A stretch of 64,000 nt of DNA from positions 186,001-250,000 of the forward strand of contig JBEUKZ010000069.1 in assembly GCA_048128005.1 (NCBI GenBank), read 5' to 3'. Each line of letters opens with the position of its first letter. Within the stretch, counting starts at the first letter, position 1. A program made the position numbers and the translations under genes. Source of the stretch: Veleropilina oligotropha (taxonomy: Eukaryota). The notes under the pieces were generated by a model, which worked only from the letters and a program-made list of their open reading frames with translations, had not been told where the DNA came from and searched no databases. Of the stretch, positions 38,821-52,571 are shown one piece after another.

Positions 38821-39883
38821 CTCTTTCGGCGCCATGGCGACTTAAGTCGACACTAGCCTCTCAGCACCATAGGCGACATTAGTCGACATCACAGTATGCC
38901 ATACTTATCCATCGATAGTAATGAATACCGTAACTAGATGGCGCTCTAATTTATGCTCCTTGCACAGATTTAGGGGAATTCCCATTTTGTAGCCATTTGT
39001 AAAATGCGGTAAGCGAGCTGATGTGATGTTACAGGCCACAAAATACGATTTAATAAGTGAAATTTTTAATTGACGTTTTCTCAAAATGGCGTGCACGTCA
39101 CAAAAGAGAAGATATAGTGCTATGGACGTTCTTGAGGCCGTATTTATGGATTCGGACTCGGAAAACGAACTGATAGATGATTGTGATATGGAACTTGATA
39201 ATACTATTAATAGTGTGCAGGTAAACGAAGAAAATGATGATGAAAATAACGTTGATGAATTTGAAAGCAGCTGAACAACAGATATATAAACAGTAATTTT
39301 AGTAATGATACCCAGAAATTTGTAAGTATAATTGTAATGGTGAGTATGTTATACTTCATTACGTCATTCCATGTAGAAGTTATTGACTGTTGCATGTCTT
39401 GCAAATGACAATATACCATAGTGTTATTTTCACCAATATTTCAGCAATAGTGTTTTCCTCAAGTTACTGCGTTGTCGAAACGGTTAAAATAAAATGATTT
39501 TGCAACACTCTATTCATTAAATATTATTATTTTATGTTCATATCATAATACATTTTATTAATTTAATCTTTAAATGAGTATGCCATGTCATTTCCATTAT
39601 TATTTCATGACATTAGGAAAAAATTCAACTATTTTCCCTATATGGTATCATTGTGTGATCACGTGACAGGTCACATGACCAAATGACCTAAGCCCATTGG
39701 CTGTCAAATAAAATATATTTGTGTATGCTAACCATATGCCAAATTTGGTTGAGATATTTAGAATATTTAAAAAGTTATGGTAGGTTAGGTGTGACTACCT
39801 AATATTATGTAATATTATGTAATATTACAAAATATACCTGGCTCTGAGGAGTACGGATCGTCAGAAACGTGGCGCCGAAACAG
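38821..39883 (+). mobile_element. Non-autonomous piggyBac-like element retaining the transposase N-terminus (39086-39274)
   Basis: TTAA|CTCTTTCGGCGCCA ... TGGCGCCGAAACAG|TTAG. Acidic ORF MACTSQKRRYSAMDVLEAVFMDSDSENE... resembles piggyBac transposase N-termini. Confidence 0.7.
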
Positions 39884-40776
39884 TTAGATGGAGTTACAAC
39901 ACTATTGCACTAAACGGATGTTTCATTTTATAATTACCTGAATATGCTACTTTCTTTTATACTTACAAATAATGTGAAATTGAGTAATACCTTTATTGCA
40001 CTAAACAGATCAACCATTTAAATAACTAAAAACACAATAATATATATCAAAATTCATAAAAATGGGAGTTACACCACTATTGCACCGAGAGGCTCAAATA
40101 TGCACATATATTTTAAAAGAGGGCATGTTCCGCATCTTTACGTACTTCAATACGCCCTTTATCCAGAGTCATGTATAATATATGTTTGTATAATATTTCA
40201 AAAGTTGCAATTTTTCGTGTAGTTATTGATTTCAACATTGGCATTCGATTTTTAACATCAAGGCATTTCATATTGCAGGTTTTTTTGACAAAAGCATCCA
40301 ACTGATGGCAGATGCATGAACAAACCCTATGTGAGTGAGGAATTCAGCAGGTGTCTCTGTTTAATCGAATCGTGTCGCGAAAGGGAAAACTGCTTTTGCC
40401 TAGTTGAACCTCTGTTGCGATTTCGTGACCTATTTGATTACGGATATAGTGTTTGCGTTTAGTGAATATCGTGTAGGCACAACGTGAGAGAGATAGTGCC
40501 ACCATATGTCACCGATTCATTAAATGCGTGAACAAATTGGTGTCTAGTTGCAATCACAAACTTGATAGTTAGATTTTATTAATCAGTATTTAACAATGCT
40601 TATTATGCATGCCATTTATGAATAATTTAAAGCTTGGAATAAGTGGTCTGCAAATCGTGCAATGTAAAGATAGCATCATTGATTGCAATTATAATTTTCC
40701 TATATGTGAGGAAACGGTAATTATTACCAATTCAATTACTCGGTCAACTAGTATTGTTTCTCAAATTCATACCACA

Positions 40777-41616
40777 ATGGAACCGGAAAAATTTGATGTA
40801 TGCGACAAAAATTTCACTGATGCAAATAAGCGTAAATATCACAGGAAAACACATGACATCCGATTCAACTGCAGCGTGTGTGACAAGTCATTTACTCTTA
40901 TGTCCATTTTGAATAGGCACATGCTTATTCACACTGGTGAAAAACCATACCAGTGTGGTCTGTGCGTCTACAAGTGTCACCAGAAAGCTAATCTTAAGAA
41001 TCACATGCTAATCCATACTGGAGAAATGCCTCACCGGTGTGATGTGTGTAATAAGACATTTTCACGTTCATATAGTCTCAAATGCCATATGGTAATTCAT
41101 ACTAAGGAGGGTCCACATCGATATGATGTTTGTGACAAGATATTTGCAAATTCGCAAGGTCTTAAGATGCATATGCTGGTCCATACAGGAGAGAAGCCAC
41201 ACCAGCTTGCTCTGTGCAATCGCGCATTTTCGCGAGCGAACGATCTTAAGACTCACATGAAAACACACACTGGCGAAAAACCATATCAGTGTGGCATGTG
41301 TTTTCGAAAATTTCCAAATGCAGGTCGTGTGAGAACGCACATGTTCACCCATACGGAAGAGAAAGGGCACAAATGCGCTTTTTGTAATCAGGCGTTTTCA
41401 CAAGCAGGTGATCTTGGAAGACACATGCTGACCCATACCGGAGAGAGGCCACATCAATGTGTTGTGTGCAATAAGACATTTACACTATCAGATACTCTTA
41501 GGAAGCACATGTTAATCCATACTGGTGAGAAGCCACACCAATGCGCTGTGTGTAATACGACATTTTCACTAGCACGTAATCTTAGACGCCATTTCTTAAC
41601 CCACACTGGGGAGTAG
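40777..41616 (+). CDS. C2H2 zinc-finger paralog ZNF-B (9 finger repeats, 2 lacking the first Cys; 279 aa from MEPEK)
   Basis: Start aligned to ZNF-A (ACCACAATGG); homologous flanks; TAG within the linker TGE* before a remnant finger. Confidence 0.85.
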   Translation: MEPEKFDVCDKNFTDANKRKYHRKTHDIRFNCSVCDKSFTLMSILNRHMLIHTGEKPYQCGLCVYKCHQKANLKNHMLIHTGEMPHRCDVCNKTFSRSYSLKCHMVIHTKEGPHRYDVCDKIFANSQGLKMHMLVHTGEKPHQLALCNRAFSRANDLKTHMKTHTGEKPYQCGMCFRKFPNAGRVRTHMFTHTEEKGHKCAFCNQAFSQAGDLGRHMLTHTGERPHQCVVCNKTFTLSDTLRKHMLIHTGEKPHQCAVCNTTFSLARNLRRHFLTHTGE

Positions 41617-43404
41617 CGACACCAGTGTCATGTGTGCAGTCGAGCATTTTCACACAAACATGTTCTCCAAAGGACATGGTTGCTCACAAATGACGTGCTA
41701 TGTGGCCTAAATGTTATGTTTTTGTTAATCGTTCGAGCAACAATGTTACAGACGTCAAAATTAATATTGAAAATCATATCCTATATTGTCGTTCAAAAGC
41801 AGCATAAAACATGGGTATAAGGAAATGTTTAAAACGTTAACATGCGCTATAAGAGCAATTTTATATCATATCTATCGTATATCTTCAAAAACAAATATGC
41901 TAAAATAAATTATATTCCTAACAGTTTCATGTTACGCCCATTTGTGGATTGAATTTTCAATGAACTTTAATGTTGAATCACAATGATTGGACACACATTT
42001 ATGAATATGTATGCAGGCTGTGTCCGAGAACTTTATAGGCGGTCTTCGTTACAATTATTAGTTCATGTTGGTAAGCGACTGACCTGTCATATGTAACACC
42101 ACTTTACACATTTTGTATCCTATATTGTATGCATTTTACCATATTGTTATATATTTATTGCCCATCGTTTTCTGTTGTCAATTGCGATGCGCCTTGTTTG
42201 TATGTCTTATGCAGCATTTTGTTAATGTTTCATGCAATTTCTTCGTCTTTATATATAATTTTAAACACTAAATGGCAATTGTTTTTGCGGCCAAATTGTA
42301 TACATGAACGTCAAATTGTTGTTTATTTACTTGCGTGCGCCATACAGTGTCAATAGCATTGTATATTAACTTTAAGGTAACATTATTACATGTGCTAATG
42401 TAAGCATTTGCCTTTTTATATTATTTTTCTGCCTGTAGATATGTTTATTGCGATATTTTTTGACATTATAAACAGTAGTAAGTTATATCGATATTAATTG
42501 TAATTATAGATGACAAACTCCATGTAGTATGCCTAGCTAGTAATGCCGTCGAATAGCGACCAAACTGTTATTTATGAATTTATTGGGCATGCCCATATAA
42601 TGCTTTGTCGTCGATATAATTCAATAAATGTAGATGTTGTCGTAAAAGTAATTTCCTTTGTCCATTATTCTGCGACTTTAACATCTCTCCATTGGTTCTC
42701 ATATTGTATATTTCAACGATTCCATTTCCGCTGAAATTAGGGTATTGGTAACTATATTGAGACTGTTGGATGCGTTGACTATGCTCTGTTATTATATAAA
42801 TGGTGCTGTTATTCGTTAAATAATGGCAAGAATATAATCGGTAATTCACTGATATATATTTTCACTCACGTAAGTGAAAATATTTTCCATATTTCACTCT
42901 CGTGAGTGAAAATATGAAAAACGCGTCATAAATTGACGTCATAAAAACGTTGTCCATGGTGACGTCGTCTATGGCGACGTTATGATGGCGAACTACATTT
43001 CAACATTACAATGTCAACAGCTAGGATATACTTCACTCGACAAAATATATTTAATATTTATGACATACCATCAAATACCCTCTATACACTACACGCTGTC
43101 TAGCTATATTTCAAGCACCGATCAAACCTTGGCAATTACATATGCTGACGTTTCGATGAAATACCAAATGCCCCATTGTTCGTCAAATGAAATAGCATTA
43201 CTCAATCTAAAATGATATCGTCAAACCCAAATAGGGTATCTATGCCGACTTTATTTTCATTCCAGCTCGCCATATTTATAAAAAAGATTCATAATTTGAA
43301 CCATTGTGTGCTGCCCCTGCCGAGGTTTGAACTCAGTACTGTTCGTGTAAGCGGAATCAAGTCATTGATTTTCGGAGTCAACACACCGATCATGCAATGT
43401 ATGC

Positions 43405-43599
43405 ATGCATACTGTAGAGAAAGCACACCAGTGTGTTGTGTGTAATGTGACATTTTCACAATCAAATAATCTGAAGAGGCATATGCTTATCCATACTGGA
43501 GAAAAGCCACATCAGTGCATCGTGTGCAATCGATCATTTACGTTGAGAGCCGCCCTCAAAGCGCGCACGCCTACTCATAAGTGGCATGCCGTTGCTTAG
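43405..43599 (+). pseudogene. Isolated C2H2 zinc-finger fragment (about 2 fingers) next to a SINE head
   Basis: CVVCNVTFSQSNNLKRHMLIHTGEKPHQCIVC...; no upstream gene body. Confidence 0.65.
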
Positions 43600-44086
43600 A
43601 ATACCAAAGAAAGCAAGCAGTCGACGGAAATTTAATATAATAGATTGATGAAGAAAATATTTTTTAAAATATTATAGATCATGCTATGCATTAATGAAGT
43701 ACTTTAAACGATATTCAACTTTTACGTAAGTGCACCGAGAGCCTTACAATTTGACAGGTGAATTGAAAGCATGTCGTAATGGAAGGGTAACGTGGACATG
43801 ACTTGCATAATATTATTGTCGCATGAGAATTAGACTGTTCTATGCCAAATATTGGTCAAAATTGAGTTATTTGTCTTGGCGGCATCCGAACAATTTTTCA
43901 ATATATTGTTTGTTGAACAACCTAGTTATCGATACGTGTCAGCGCTGGCGTAATTTGCAATTTATTCGTCGTTCTATCGAGTCTAGTGCAGGGCACGCTG
44001 CCGTTAGTGACCTCCCTTGTCTATATTATATAGTAACAGTGAACTGCGCTAATCGTCAAACGGTAACAGACGAACGATAAGGAGCG

Positions 44087-45425
44087 TTACATGCCCCTGC
44101 GGGAAGACTCACATTGACCTCTATTTAGCCAGAGTATGTCATTGTAAACCCACCATCCACCTTTGTTTCTAGAAATTGGTCTACATAGATTAAGGGAAGA
44201 TGGTTCAAATGCTCTTTGTAAAACTGATCTGCAATAGTACTCACCATAGACCCGGTATCGATTAAAACCTTGCATGAAATGCATTCAAGCTGTAACTCCT
44301 CTTCATTAGAAGGACCCACCAGTTTGGTAAGTAATTCGTCTTTATTTGGGGAACTGATCGTGTCTATCGCCCGCCCCTCTGCGTAGACACTTGGGAGTTT
44401 AACGACCCCCTTTGGGAAAGTTACAAAGCCTTGATCACTTTTTGCGGCCTCTCTCTTGACATGCCCAATGTATCGGAATCGTGCGCTGCCTTAGTTGCTG
44501 ATCATTGGGAGGAGGCATCTGTTGGGGTGGATGCCTTTTGTCGTTTGTGATAGAGCTGTCGAATCTCTTCTCTAGAGAACTAACTCTTCCATTCATGGTT
44601 TGCATCTCCTTCATGAGACACGACATCTGAGTCATCAACTGGTCGAGTTTGGTAGTCATGGAATCATTTTGAGCGTAATACACTTGAGCATTATTTCCCG
44701 AGGTTTTAAGCTCTTCCTCAGAACGCCGAACAGCTATCAACAATTCATTATACCCGCTGTTGGAATCATATCTTTGAAGACACCCGTCCAAAATTTGTTT
44801 CGTAACATATCCTTAGACGATTCAGGGGATATTACGCATTTCACTTGCACTTTTTTGATGATGTCACATAGTCTACAACTCCAGGCGGCTACACTTTCGG
44901 ATGACTGTTGTTTAGCACAGTAAAATTGTTCCGTCAATGCTTCAGCAGAAAGTACTAGTACATCGCCGAAAATCAGATCGAATTATGTAAGCAGTTGCGT
45001 CACCGTAATCGATTGGTGAAGGCGCCACACCACATCAGCTGCCGTACCTTTCGTTGATCTTCTAATATTATTGACCAGAGACAAATTACTATATATACAT
45101 TATGTAAGTAAACAACTTACCACAGTACGCCATTGAACATAAGACACGTCACCTTTATTGGTGTGTCCCGACAATTGTGACACTCTAGGTGGTGTTAGGT
45201 TGGTTGCATATAGAAGGTTAGCATTATTTACTACACCTTGTTCTTTTTTTATCTCAACCTTTGTCTCGCTCGGCCTATCCTCGCTACCTTTTAACTTGCT
45301 ACAAATATCACTCTGTATATCCGTGTCTAAAGTTTTGAACAGTTCAATAAATTTATTTATCGACTCTTCCTTAGAACTTACACCTTGGGACATTGAACTG
45401 TCATCGATCAACCTGTCTATAGAGC
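44087..45425 (-). mobile_element. Decayed Ty3/gypsy LTR-retrotransposon gag (PNMA-like) and aspartic protease remnant
   Basis: Fragments in several frames: PPRVSQLSG..KGDVSYVQWR, FYCAKQQSSESVAAWSCRL, DMLRNKFWTG, and protease VGPSNE...VLIDTGSMVSTI. Confidence 0.8.
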
Positions 45426-45822
45426 GGTCACAAGGAATTATGCTTTAAAATCCTTGATGGAGGCCACAGCGCCCAACTTGGAGGTTGAACCACACCCACA
45501 ATGTCTAGGTGTAGTGTCCTCACCCAAACCAATGCCCATACCATATTTGAAAACATTCCGTTAAGAAATGGCCTGTCTATAGCGATCACGATAAATCTCT
45601 CGGCGGCGGCCATCTTGGATGTCGGAATACACTCGAAATATATGTGCCATGTCCTCGCCCCAACCAATGCACATACCAAATTTGAAAACAATCCGTTAAG
45701 AAATGGCCTGTCTAGAGCGATCACGAGGAATCTCTCGGCGTAACGGACGCTCAACCATATACCCCGGGGGCCAAGACCACGTTTTATTGGGTAGGTGGAC
45801 ACCGTCTGCTGTAAAACGATAA

Positions 45823-47781
45823 TGGCAATTATTCATCAATAAGGACCCCCTGGAACACATCTAGATTGGCCAGCTTTCTGGAAAATCCAAAGGGACATTT
45901 TTTGAAGTGATTTATGGTCTTACCCCATCTTTGTAATTTCACCGAAAAATTATAGTCTGTGTCTTATTAGTGCATGAATTTGGTGAAACAATTGTGGGTT
46001 TTATGGTAAAAGCACAAAATTCGGCATAAATGTAAGTAAGGTAGAGTAGACAAAAAGTGAATGTGGGCCTCCACCTGAAAATCAAATATGGCGCCCAACA
46101 ATTCGATATGGCTGCCCAAAACATAAAAACATGGTATATTTAGCTATAATTGTTAACAATAATGTACAGTTATTATTATTTTTGGTCCTAAAATAATGTT
46201 TAGTCAACACACCCAACTCTGTAAGCTTTTATCCAACATGGCTACCGAGCTACATGAAAATGCAGTACTTTGTATACGGTATTTAACTTTATTTCTTAAA
46301 AATAATGTTGTAGCGGTTATTTACGTTTTTGCTAATAAAATAGGCTTAGTCGACACTACTAACTCTGCAAACATTTGTATCCGCAAAAATCCAAAATGTC
46401 TGCTAAGAATCAAAATGGCTGCCAAAATACATGAAAATGGTTCAAATCTTACCTGTGTGACATAACTCAATGTGTGGCAATAGGATCAGCCAATTATGAC
46501 GACAAGCATGCTCTTATGTCGGGGTTTTCAGGTCCGTGAACATTTTGGGTACATTTTTGCCAATGTGTTTTATTAGTTAACTTGTGACCTTATGATTATA
46601 CAAAAAATGAGTTTGCATTTTTGTGGCGGCCATCTTGGTGTATCGACAGCCATCTTGAATTTTGACATATCCGAAACCCAATTATGATCATATATGCCAA
46701 CATAAACTTGCGACATAGTAACTACCCAACATTTAGTACTATCTTACTTTGTCTTACTTTCACATAGAGACACGTCGAAATGATTGCCTGTGCTGTGCAA
46801 CAAAATATTAGAAACGACGGCGTCTACATACCAACAAAATTGTATTAAAGGTCGACCCCTCAGGGTTTTAATCGATAATCGTGATGCCAAGGTGGACACT
46901 ATCATTTCATGCACTTGCTGAATCCATTTTTCGGGAATGTATTGCACCGGGAGGTACGGCAGTGCGTGTTGCTTAACCTATAAAACTAGATGACAATTAT
47001 GGAAACAAGTTGAGGAATACCCCAAACAGGAATTGAACTAATGGCGTGTCCAATTCTTGGAAATCCCAAACCGAAGGCCAGTCCCTGTTACCTTGATTTC
47101 AAATCAATACAACATCAGCAACTGCTAAAACGATCCGAGATGAATGACATGAGTTGGTATATTAATGATGGAATATGCCTGCCCTGTCTGGCATTCAGCA
47201 ATTACTCAAGAACAGTCATCACTCCTTGAAAACATCCAGCGCCAAATTGCGATGCCAGGTGATGACTACAGTGTTTCTCTGGGAAAAACAGGACTTCCCA
47301 CAATGAGTAATAGACGTGATGAACTATGCAAGAAGAAGTTCGAAAAGGTCATGCGCCCATCCGACATATTACACGAACTACTCCCAGACAAAGTAAAAAC
47401 GAATTACAACCTTCGAAACGTTAAAACCCGTCCAGTCCCATTTGCCAAAACGAACAGATTTAAGAACAGTTTTATCCCGTGGGCTTTGTCTAAATTCCAG
47501 TAATGATATTATTACCATTTTAAATTTTACGGCAATTATCTTCCTTTATCACTATTTTTATACTCATTTCGTAATATCTTATTGTGTAGCACTTTAGCAA
47601 TTTTCGTTTGCCATTTCAACTTTTACTACCACCCTCGGTCAGTATTTCCTTTACTTTTATAAGAATTTTATTGCTATTTTATAGAACTTTAACTATTGCC
47701 GCTTGCTATTTAAAATGCTTTTACCTTACTTTTATACCGTTTCATACTTTTTTTATTGTATCCAATTACTACTTCTCCCGG

Positions 47782-47857
<76 letters not shown>

Positions 47858-49760
47858 ACGCCTATGTGAATCTTTTTGCACTTTATAATATTTTCCTTAT
47901 TTTACCTATTTATTTAAGATAAACATATTTTACTGTGTAATACTTGTTTTTCATTCAACTACTGTATGTTAGTTGCAATAAATTAGATATTAGTATTATT
48001 ATTATGAATAATTCGTGATTGTAGCCGATTGCAAACCTTCGCCCCGGTCGCAAGGAATGGTGGAAGCTAGAAATATTTGCGAATAACAGTTGAAGAACAT
48101 TGATGTTTGTTTGCCGAAACATTCTAGCGCTAGCGCCGAAAATCCGCAAACCAGAAAGTGCGACATAAACTCCGGATCTTCTTGCCGACTCCGATAATCT
48201 GTAATGAGGACCGATAATAGACTGAACCATATCTTGTCTAAAAAAAATAAGTAAATCAGTTCAGTGGTAACGGGAAATTGCGTCATACAATCCGGATCAG
48301 CTTTCCAACTCCAATCATATTTAAGGAGGTGCAATCCTAGTGTGGACTCTATCTTGTGTCAAAAAAGTGGATAAATCGTTTCAATGGTCGTTAAAATATA
48401 GCTGAAAATCCGGAAATTACGTCATAAAATCTGGATACGTTGTCCGATTTCGATCATCCTTGAAGAGAACCGAGCTTAGGGGGGGGGGGGGCATATCGTG
48501 TGCGAAAAGATGATATAAATCGAATCAATGGTTGTTGAGCTATGCCCGCGAACAGATCATCCGCAAACCGGAAATTGCGTCATAAAATCTGAATCCGCTC
48601 TCCACCTCGGATCATCTTTGAGGAGGACCGAGCGTATGATGGACCCTATCTCGTTTACAAAAAATAAGTAACCAGGATCAATGGTTGTTAATATATGCTC
48701 ACGGACAGACAGACATACAGACTCACAGACAAACCGACCAGATTTCAATACCTTCTCCCACCACTACGTGGGCGAAGGTAATAACAGTGATGTAGCAACA
48801 GATCTAGATGAACTCTCTGTCACTATAGGTGCAGAACCAGAAGCAGCTGTTGTTGATGCACTACCAGCAAACAGTCTGTGCCTGTCTGATATGCCTACAA
48901 CTCAATAGTGGCATCATCTCTACAGACGAAAAGTCGACATGTAGATACAGTGCATGCGTTGCCACTTATCAAAGCTCCGCCACAAGCGCGGAATACTCTG
49001 TTTACATCTCTCTTGCACCTTTATAATGTGAACATGTTGACCAGATAACCAGATAGCAAATTATTGATGTGCGTGTGGTTGGATATGGACTTATACAAAC
49101 GGGTCTTGAAACTCCCTTACCTGCTGCCTGACATATACACTGACAAGTGGATTGAGTCACCTGTATAGTTTCATATCACTGTTTGTGTTGCGGGGAGTGG
49201 ACTAGAGGACACATGGGTAGAGGCCGACATATACAGCAATGTCACTGTCATGCAGGATAATAAATGGCAAGCGCTATAAACGTGCCATCTTTGAACTTTG
49301 GAAGCCGTTCGTATAACTTATCAACTGCAACCTACAACTTCGCAATGCGCTATGCCACCCAAAAATATGAGGGGCCGTGGGATGAGGGCCCGACCAGGGC
49401 CAGAAACCGATGTCGGGGAGGTTTTGGCTGTAATTCATCCGGTACCAGCCATGCAGGATAACTACTATTTTAATTCATCAACCAATGTGGGGCACCCGGA
49501 AAGCATAAGCTGTGACAGCTTTTCACAGTGATCATATACCGTAAGGTGATGGTTATCTTGAGCACTGGTTCGAGATCACGTCAGCAGTTGGTGTTCCGCT
49601 TGTGAGCCTGGACGTCACTCGAGGAAGCGCTTCGTGGAACTCCACCCTCAGCCGTTTCCTCAACCCCTCAATCGTCATTCCGTTCAACAGAAACATGTCA
49701 CACATCCACCGCATCATGCTCATCTCCGTTCTGTCCAATTTCATGTCATGATCCCCCCCC
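45823..49760 (+). repeat. Segmental duplication, copy 1 (TE mosaic)
   Basis: Colinear high similarity to 59333-64000 (duplicated ORFs 45939/59449, 47041/61047, 48829/62019). Confidence 0.92.
47160..48005 (+). mobile_element. 3' end of a CR1/L2-group LINE (RT C-terminal tail, AT-rich UTR, (ATT)n tail), present only in duplicate copy 1
   Basis: EYACPVWHSAIT...LENIQR...RRDELC...YNLR...KTNRFKNSFIP; absent at the matching site ~61165. Confidence 0.78.
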
Positions 49761-50200
49761 CCCGTGACCCATGTCTCACACACTCATCTTTAGGAGTGGC
49801 GCCTTGGATGTTTGGAAGGTGCCTACTCTGTGAACCTCTTCCAACCTCACTATCGCGGTCACCGCTGCTCCCACATCTTCCCCACACTCATTGTGTCGTC
49901 CAGGTAACAACACCAGCCCGTCACATCACCACCACCACCAGTGGAGCGTCTCCCCTACTTATGCACAGGAACGTCGCATTCGCTGCTTGCAGGCTGCCGT
50001 TCACACCACTGCACCGCTTGTTGACCCAATTTTCGCATGTCGTACACTTTAGCAAGTTGGTGGCTACCACCTTGCGCACACTGAACATGGTCATGTACAG
50101 CAGCAATATCGTTATTGACTCTTTAATTGGGTGACAAATCAGGTGTGAAGCCCCAGTCACACCGGGCATGCAACCAGGTTAGGGCATATTTGCGAATAGT
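49620..50200 (-). mobile_element. RTE-clade LINE remnant
   Basis: KLDRTEMSMMRWMC...IEGLRKRL (RTE RT C-terminal pattern) and Cys-rich CTTCENWVNKRCSGV..L; frameshifted. Confidence 0.6.
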
Positions 50201-50707
50201 TGGAATCGTGGACAAGTAGTAAAATAGCGCTACTGTTCGCAGGTGATCGTCAGAACAAAATCAGTCTCGGCAAGGCCGATGATCATGTTAAAAAGTAATT
50301 TGATTGGATAATTTAATCAATGGATCACAACAGTAAATAACAGCAATACACGTGTTATATACCGTTTTGGATACACTTTGACACTATATAAAATGACCGG
50401 GATATATGATATATTTATAATTATGACGTCACATTTTTTTCTTCAACGCATCGGCGAGTGAGTGGTTTAACACGTCAATCTCTCAACCCAAGCTGCTAAT
50501 TGGTCCCGGGTTCGAGGCTAGCGGTGGTTCATTCTACCGCGTCAACTATTTTCAAACATTGCTCAATGAATGCAATACAGGTTAGTGTGCTATCTAACCT
50601 CAAGATTCCACGTGGTGTACGTTGTTCACTACTAAACACTGAATCTGCGTATGGATAATAATACAAAGACAGCATGTTGCGTATATGCAACGCAGGGGTT
50701 GGTTGTT

Positions 50708-51035
50708 TTATTATTATTATTGAAATACACTTAATAAAGCGCAAAATCCAGTTTTAAACACTGCCCTAAGGCGCTGTACAATATTACCCCTGGTTATGGG
50801 CCTTTTCCATACGATATGCCATCTCAACTCCCTCTGGGACCATAACAGTCATTTTACACGCGGGTAGCGCCGTGACTTACATAACTGCCAACCAGGTACC
50901 CATTTAGATCGGCTGGGTGAACCGAGGTAAAAAATATGCTTATTTCCTTGCCCAAGTGAAATCGCTGAGCCTTGTGGGCGAACTCGAGACTCTGTGACCA
51001 GAGTCCTGTGAACAACCCACTGAGCCACGACGGCA
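50708..51035 (-). mobile_element. tRNA-derived SINE family 2 (CORE/Nin-like body, L2-like tail)
   Basis: Head GCCGTCGTGGCTCAGTGG, body CACCCAGCC..AAATGGGTACC and GGGAGTTGAG, tail TGTACAGCGCCTTAG..GCGCTTTA(AAT)n; absent from paralogous flanks at ~19245 and ~58905. Confidence 0.75.
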
Positions 51036-52571
51036 TGTTTGATGCTTAATCTCTGGGAGTGCCGGGATTTTTCCCATTATCGATACGTCCATTTCACACA
51101 GCACCAATTCACTTCATCATTCAATGTTGATTGACCCGATTTATAAAAAAAACACAGTTAGCGTGACCATTCATCATGTTTGATGTTTAAAATATTCCAA
51201 GTAATTTTGATATGGAAATCTGTTGGCATAAATCGGCCCAAACCCACAGTTTAATCAGCAACGCAACAAGACTCGTATGATAGCAGTGCATCGTCAAAGC
51301 ATCCAACATTTTCAGTAGAGTTTCCAACACCGTAACTACACCGGCAATGGGATCGTTGAGATATACAAGATGAGATATAATGGAGAGTTAAAATAGCGGA
51401 ATAATTAATGAAGAAAAAGTTTTTCACGAAAACGTTTACATTTATTGGATCATATCGATGACAACGTATTAATTGAATCGTACAATACAGTTGTAAATAA
51501 CAGCTTGATCGCTATTCGAGGGCATTGCTAGCTACAAAAGGGAGTTTATAATTTACAATCAAATATCGACGTAACTAACTACTGAATATCAAGGCAAAAA
51601 CATATCATAATAAAACTATGACTAAAAACAGATAAACAATTATACAAATACCTAATTAATAAAAGCAAATATACATGTTATTGAGATAATACTGCACACA
51701 CCTGTACATAAACAAGCTTAAATTTGATACTCATGCACGTATTAAACACACATAATTGGCCAGCATATACTAATTGACATTGGGTCGTTATGCTAATATA
51801 TAAAGACGAAGAAATTTCATGAAACATTAAAAAACATAGTGCAAAGACATGCAAACAAGGCACATCACAATTGACAACGAAAAACAATAAACAAACCCAT
51901 CAATAATAACAAAATTTCAGGTTCATGATGAAAACATAAATAAGGTGTAAACCACTAACTATGAGTGATGCACGCGATTGTGTGTTTATAATTCACCCAA
52001 CTTACAGGCAATAAAGATAACGGTATAGTAAAATGCATACACTCTAGTATACATAATGTGAAGAGTGTTACCTATGACTGATCAGTTGCTGACCAATACG
52101 TAGCATGCATTGATAATTATAACGAAGACGGCATATACAGTTATCGGATAAAGAGGAGAAAGCGTGTAAACATATTCATAAATTGGGGTCAAATCATTGT
52201 TATTCAACATTCAATTTCATATAGCATTCAATAAACAAAATAAATGTGCCTAACCTCACATTACTAGGAATACAATTTATTGCTGCAGATTTGTTTCTGA
52301 AGATTTACACTGGATATGATATAAAATTCCTTGTTTAGCGAATTTTATCGTCTTAAACATGTCTTTATATCCAAGTTTCAATTGTGCTGCTTTTGGACTA
52401 TAATATAAAACATGATTTTCAATATTAAGTTTACATTTTGATACTTGCATGGTTTACACAGTCACATCAAGACAGCTGCAGGACACGTCATAAGAACTCG
52501 TGTCATTGATGATAAATCATGTGGTTATTAAGGACATGGTTGTATGATCAATCGCGACTGCACACATAACA

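Noticed and set aside
40609..40776. 56-aa N-terminal extension of ZNF-B
   Set aside because: The homologous region is closed by stops in ZNF-A; the conserved start is 40777.
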